The notes beneath the pieces were generated by a model. It made no database searches and was not told the origin of the DNA. It saw only the letters and a list, made by a program, of their open reading frames with translations. Of a DNA stretch of 28,807 bases, positions 25,945-28,807 are shown piece by piece. Where the stretch lies: positions 1 through 28,807 of the forward strand of contig DASRCD010000448.1 of assembly GCA_035653315.1 (NCBI GenBank). The letters run 5' to 3'. Position 1 is the first letter of the stretch; the number at the start of each line of letters is the position of its first letter. The DNA is from Candidatus Angelobacter sp. (GTDB taxonomy: Bacteria > Acidobacteriota > Terriglobia > Terriglobales > Acidobacteriaceae). Position numbers and translations under genes: made by a program.

Positions 25945-26583
25945 ATGAAAACTTCCCTGCTCTTCCTGGAATTCTTATTGGCATACATTTTTCTGCCACT
26001 GTTTATCCATTATGGCGTCCTTCCAAATGCTCCGGTGCCATCGTTGCTGCTCATGGCATTCGTTTTCGGGCTTGTGGTCTGGGGTGATGCGACTTTTGAC
26101 AGGTCATGCCTGTTGAATGTTCCTGCTGCGCGACGCAAATTATTGCCGGTGCTGCTGCGCAGCGCGTTTCTGTGCCTCGCCCTGGGAGTTGCTGTTTGGT
26201 GGTGGAAGCCGCAACTGCTGTTTTCATTGATTAAAAGATCTCCTGGGTTCTGGGCGCTGATGATGGTGATCTATCCGCTGTTCTCCGTTTATCCCCAGGA
26301 ATTTCTCTTTCGCGCATACTTCTTTCATCGCTATCAAACGCTCTTTGGCACAGAATGGCCCATGATCGCGGCCAGCGCTCTCTCATTTGGCTTTGTCCAT
26401 ATTGTGCTGGGCAACTGGATTGCCGTGGTGCTCAGCGCGATTGGCGGAGTTCTTTTTGCGTCGACCTATAGGCAATCAAGATCTCTGTTGCTGGTCTGCA
26501 TCGAGCATGCCATCTTTGGCAATTTTATTTTCACCATCGGGCTGGGACAGTACTTCTATCATGGCAATCTGAATATTCAATAA
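25945..26583 (+). CDS. CPBP/Abi (CAAX protease-like) intramembrane protein
   Basis: Multi-TM protein with YPQEFLFR, FGFVH and EHAIFGN. Start is set at ATG 25945. Confidence 0.85.
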   Translation: MKTSLLFLEFLLAYIFLPLFIHYGVLPNAPVPSLLLMAFVFGLVVWGDATFDRSCLLNVPAARRKLLPVLLRSAFLCLALGVAVWWWKPQLLFSLIKRSPGFWALMMVIYPLFSVYPQEFLFRAYFFHRYQTLFGTEWPMIAASALSFGFVHIVLGNWIAVVLSAIGGVLFASTYRQSRSLLLVCIEHAIFGNFIFTIGLGQYFYHGNLNIQ

Positions 26584-26642
26584 TCAAGCCTTGGGTGCAA
26601 AACTAAGCTGTGTAAGGTATATAAGGTGGACAAGCTTAGCGA

Positions 26643-27038
26643 CTATTTACCACACCAAAAGGTCTCGACTCGATATTTATCTATGAACGAATCTACTGTC
26701 ATGAGCACCATCTTTTCGCTTCGTGCTTGCGCAATCAGCAATCTATCGAATGGATCTCGATGATATTGCTCCAATTCCGCCACTGCCAAAGTATGCGCGT
26801 GGGTAATGGAAAGCGGCTGGATTGAAAATCTTGACATTACCTCCACAATAAACAGTGCGGGCGCCTTTGGTAGAGCAAGTTTGCCGATGGCAGATTTAAT
26901 CACAATCTCCCATGAGCTGACTGCAGAAAGAAATACCTCTTGGGCATCATCTTCCAAGATTGCGAATGCTTGCTGATTAAGTTTTTCGGGTTCTTTAAGG
27001 CTCCAGACAAAAACAGTTGTGTCCAGAAGATATCTCAT
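26643..27038 (-). CDS. vapC: PIN-domain toxin (VapC family)
   Basis: Motifs YLLDT, SAVSSWEI, GKL, HRDPFDRLLIAQA and MTVD. Its start has an ATGA overlap with the antitoxin stop. Confidence 0.92.
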   Translation of the reverse strand: MRYLLDTTVFVWSLKEPEKLNQQAFAILEDDAQEVFLSAVSSWEIVIKSAIGKLALPKAPALFIVEVMSRFSIQPLSITHAHTLAVAELEQYHRDPFDRLLIAQARSEKMVLMTVDSFIDKYRVETFWCGK

Positions 27039-27325
27039 GCTTTTTTGCGCTTCTTTCCAGATGCATTTTTGGCCGGTTTACGCTCCGTTGGCTCTTCTCC
27101 ATAGAACGCTGCCAAAATATCATCTGGTAATGGAGCATCAAAGTCCTCCGCCATCCAGATTTGCCCCCGATAAAGCCCCAATGGGCGCTTGCCTTGTGCT
27201 GCCCGCACTGGTACTAATTTCGCCACTGGTACGCCGGCTTTGGCAATAATTATTTCTTCTCCCAACGCAACGCGTTGCAGCAGCTTGGAAAAGTTGGTTT
27301 TAGCTTCATGAATATTGACTTCCAT
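27035..27325 (-). CDS. Phd/YefM-family antitoxin
   Basis: Sequence MEVNIHEAKTNFSKLLQRVALGEEIIIAKAGVPVAKLVP..RPLG..DFDAPLP. Start is set at ATG 27325. Confidence 0.92.
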   Translation of the reverse strand: MEVNIHEAKTNFSKLLQRVALGEEIIIAKAGVPVAKLVPVRAAQGKRPLGLYRGQIWMAEDFDAPLPDDILAAFYGEEPTERKPAKNASGKKRKKA

Positions 27326-27334
27326 TATCCTGTC

Positions 27335-27364
27335 ATTATGGACTAAGTCATGGACTAAGTCCAT
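27335..27364 (-). promoter_or_regulatory. TA promoter with overlapping operator palindromes
   Basis: TGGACT-17 nt-CATAAT on the minus strand. ATGGACTAAGTC is repeated exactly at 27338-27349 and 27350-27361. ATGGACT-A-AGTCCAT forms an inverted repeat at 27350-27364. Confidence 0.7.
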
Positions 27365-27396
27365 CATTCTGTTTTTCGGTGCGGGACACTGACTGC

Positions 27397-27428
27397 AAAA
27401 AGAGTGGGCTGGATTTCTCCAGCCCACT
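27397..27428 (-). terminator. Intrinsic terminator of pckA
   Basis: 11-bp stem AGTGGGCTGGA / TCCAGCCCACT with a GAAA loop, followed by CTTTTT on the minus strand. Confidence 0.88.
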
Positions 27429-27450
27429 GCTAATGCTTTTTGCCTGAGTG

Positions 27451-28806
27451 TTACTTTTTTCCCGGTCCTGCGGCGCGGATATTGTCCGGGACATCAAATT
27501 TCTCAAAATTCTTGGCGAACCGGGCAGAAAGATCAGCGGCAGCTTTGTCATACGCTGCTTTGTCTTTCCAGGCATCGCGGGCATGCAGAAATTCCGCCGG
27601 TACTCCGGGCACTGACTTGGGGACAGTCAATCCAAAGGCCGGATCTGTTTCAAACTCCACGTTGCTCAGCGCGCCTTCAATGGCGGCATTTACCATTTTG
27701 CGCGTGTAAGCCAGCTTCATGCGTGATCCAGTGCCGTATGGCCCGCCAAACCAGCCGGTATTCACCAGCCAGCATTGTGAACCATGCTCTTTCATTCTGC
27801 GGCCCAGCATTTCCGCGTAAACCTTTGGCCGCAGCGGAAAGAATGGCGCTCCGAACAGGGTAGAAAAATTCGGCTGCGGCTCTTTCACGCCAGCCTCAGT
27901 TCCTGCCACCTTGGCCGTATAACCAGAGAGAAAGTGGTACATCGCCTGATCAGTATTCAGTTTGGAAATAGGAGGCAGCACACCGAATGCGTCTGCCGTG
28001 AGAAAAATAATATTTTTGGGGTGTGCGCCAATGCCCGGAATTACCGCGCCTTCAATGTAGTCCACCGGGTAGGCGCAGCGGGTATTTTCCGTCCGGCTAT
28101 CGTCGTTGTAATCCGGTACGTGAGTTTCTTTTTCCAGGGTCACATTTTCCAGCACGGAACCGAACCGGATGGCATTCCATATCTGCGGCTCATTTTCTTT
28201 TGAGAGCCTGATGCACTTGGCATAGCAGCCGCCTTCAAAATTGAAGATGCCGGTTGGGCTCCATCCATGCTCATCGTCGCCAATCAGCAGGCGCTCCGGA
28301 TCAGCCGAAAGCGTGGTCTTGCCAGTGCCGGAAAGCCCAAAGAACAGGGCCGTCTCGCCATTTTTGCCGACGTTGGCCGAGCAGTGCATAGGGAAAACAT
28401 TGTTCTGCGGCAGCAGGAAGTTCATGATGCCGAAGATGGATTTCTTCATTTCCCCGGCGTATTTGGTGCCGCCGATCAGGATGACCTTGCGGGTAAAATT
28501 CACGATCACAAAAGCTTCTGAGCGGGTGCCGTCGCGCTGCGGGTCTGCCTGAAACTCCGGCGCGGAAACAATCGTGAACTCGGCGCGATGTGTTTTCAGC
28601 TCTTCCTCTGTGGGCCGGACAAACAATGCGCGCACAAACAAGTTGTGCCAGGTATATTCGTTGATGACACGCACAGGCAGGCGATACTTGGGATCTGCGC
28701 CGGCAAACAGGTCCTGCACAAACAGCTCTTTGCCACGCAAATAGGCCACTACGCGCTCAAACAGAGCGTCAAATTTTTCCGGCTCGAATGACTGGTTTAC
28801 GTCGCC
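27451..28806 (-). CDS. pckA: PEP carboxykinase (ATP), 5'-truncated by the window edge
   Basis: Motifs [50 protein letters not shown] and WLVNTGW. The frame stays open to the edge ([15 protein letters not shown]..). Confidence 0.97.
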   Translation of the reverse strand, partial: GDVNQSFEPEKFDALFERVVAYLRGKELFVQDLFAGADPKYRLPVRVINEYTWHNLFVRALFVRPTEEELKTHRAEFTIVSAPEFQADPQRDGTRSEAFVIVNFTRKVILIGGTKYAGEMKKSIFGIMNFLLPQNNVFPMHCSANVGKNGETALFFGLSGTGKTTLSADPERLLIGDDEHGWSPTGIFNFEGGCYAKCIRLSKENEPQIWNAIRFGSVLENVTLEKETHVPDYNDDSRTENTRCAYPVDYIEGAVIPGIGAHPKNIIFLTADAFGVLPPISKLNTDQAMYHFLSGYTAKVAGTEAGVKEPQPNFSTLFGAPFFPLRPKVYAEMLGRRMKEHGSQCWLVNTGWFGGPYGTGSRMKLAYTRKMVNAAIEGALSNVEFETDPAFGLTVPKSVPGVPAEFLHARDAWKDKAAYDKAAADLSARFAKNFEKFDVPDNIRAAGPGKK

Positions 28807-28807
28807 C

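Noticed and set aside
27338-27361. CRISPR-like or transposon-end repeats
   Set aside because: There are only two 12-bp units with no spacer and no cas or transposase gene. The TA operator explains them.

Overview
This is a 28.8 kb bacterial chromosomal segment of mostly housekeeping genes. Gene content and protein style suggest Acidobacteriota (inference only). In order it carries: the 3' part of aconitase acnA; purD, a short pentapeptide-repeat gene, purE and kdsB; a reverse-strand set of an M48 peptidase and two paralogous secreted bicupins; a small membrane protein, a SurA/PrsA-like PPIase and an AsmA-family protein; a stand-alone TonB C-terminal domain protein and a secreted hypothetical protein; a divergent TPR/HEXXH peptidase and M1-like peptidase pair; an AT-rich patch with a small CxxC..CxxH ORF; a HIT hydrolase and rpsA; a three-gene unit of a LysW-like Zn-ribbon protein and two secreted carboxypeptidase-regulatory-like domain proteins; an M28 peptidase coupled to a rhomboid-like protein lacking catalytic residues; pyk; a YihY/BrkB gene broken by one in-frame TAG; a CPBP/Abi membrane protein; a Phd-VapC toxin-antitoxin pair with a clear operator; and the 3' part of pckA. 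No rRNA, tRNA, CRISPR array or transposase was recognised. The best novelty candidate is the 19.8-23.3 kb locus. There an orphan LysW/AmCP-like protein has lost the EDWGE carrier motif and instead ends in a 15-residue acidic run plus SDY. It lacks any lys/arg pathway neighbours, is coupled to two exported beta-sandwich proteins, and is divergent from an M28 peptidase / pseudo-rhomboid pair. All assignments come from motif recognition by eye; no searches were run.
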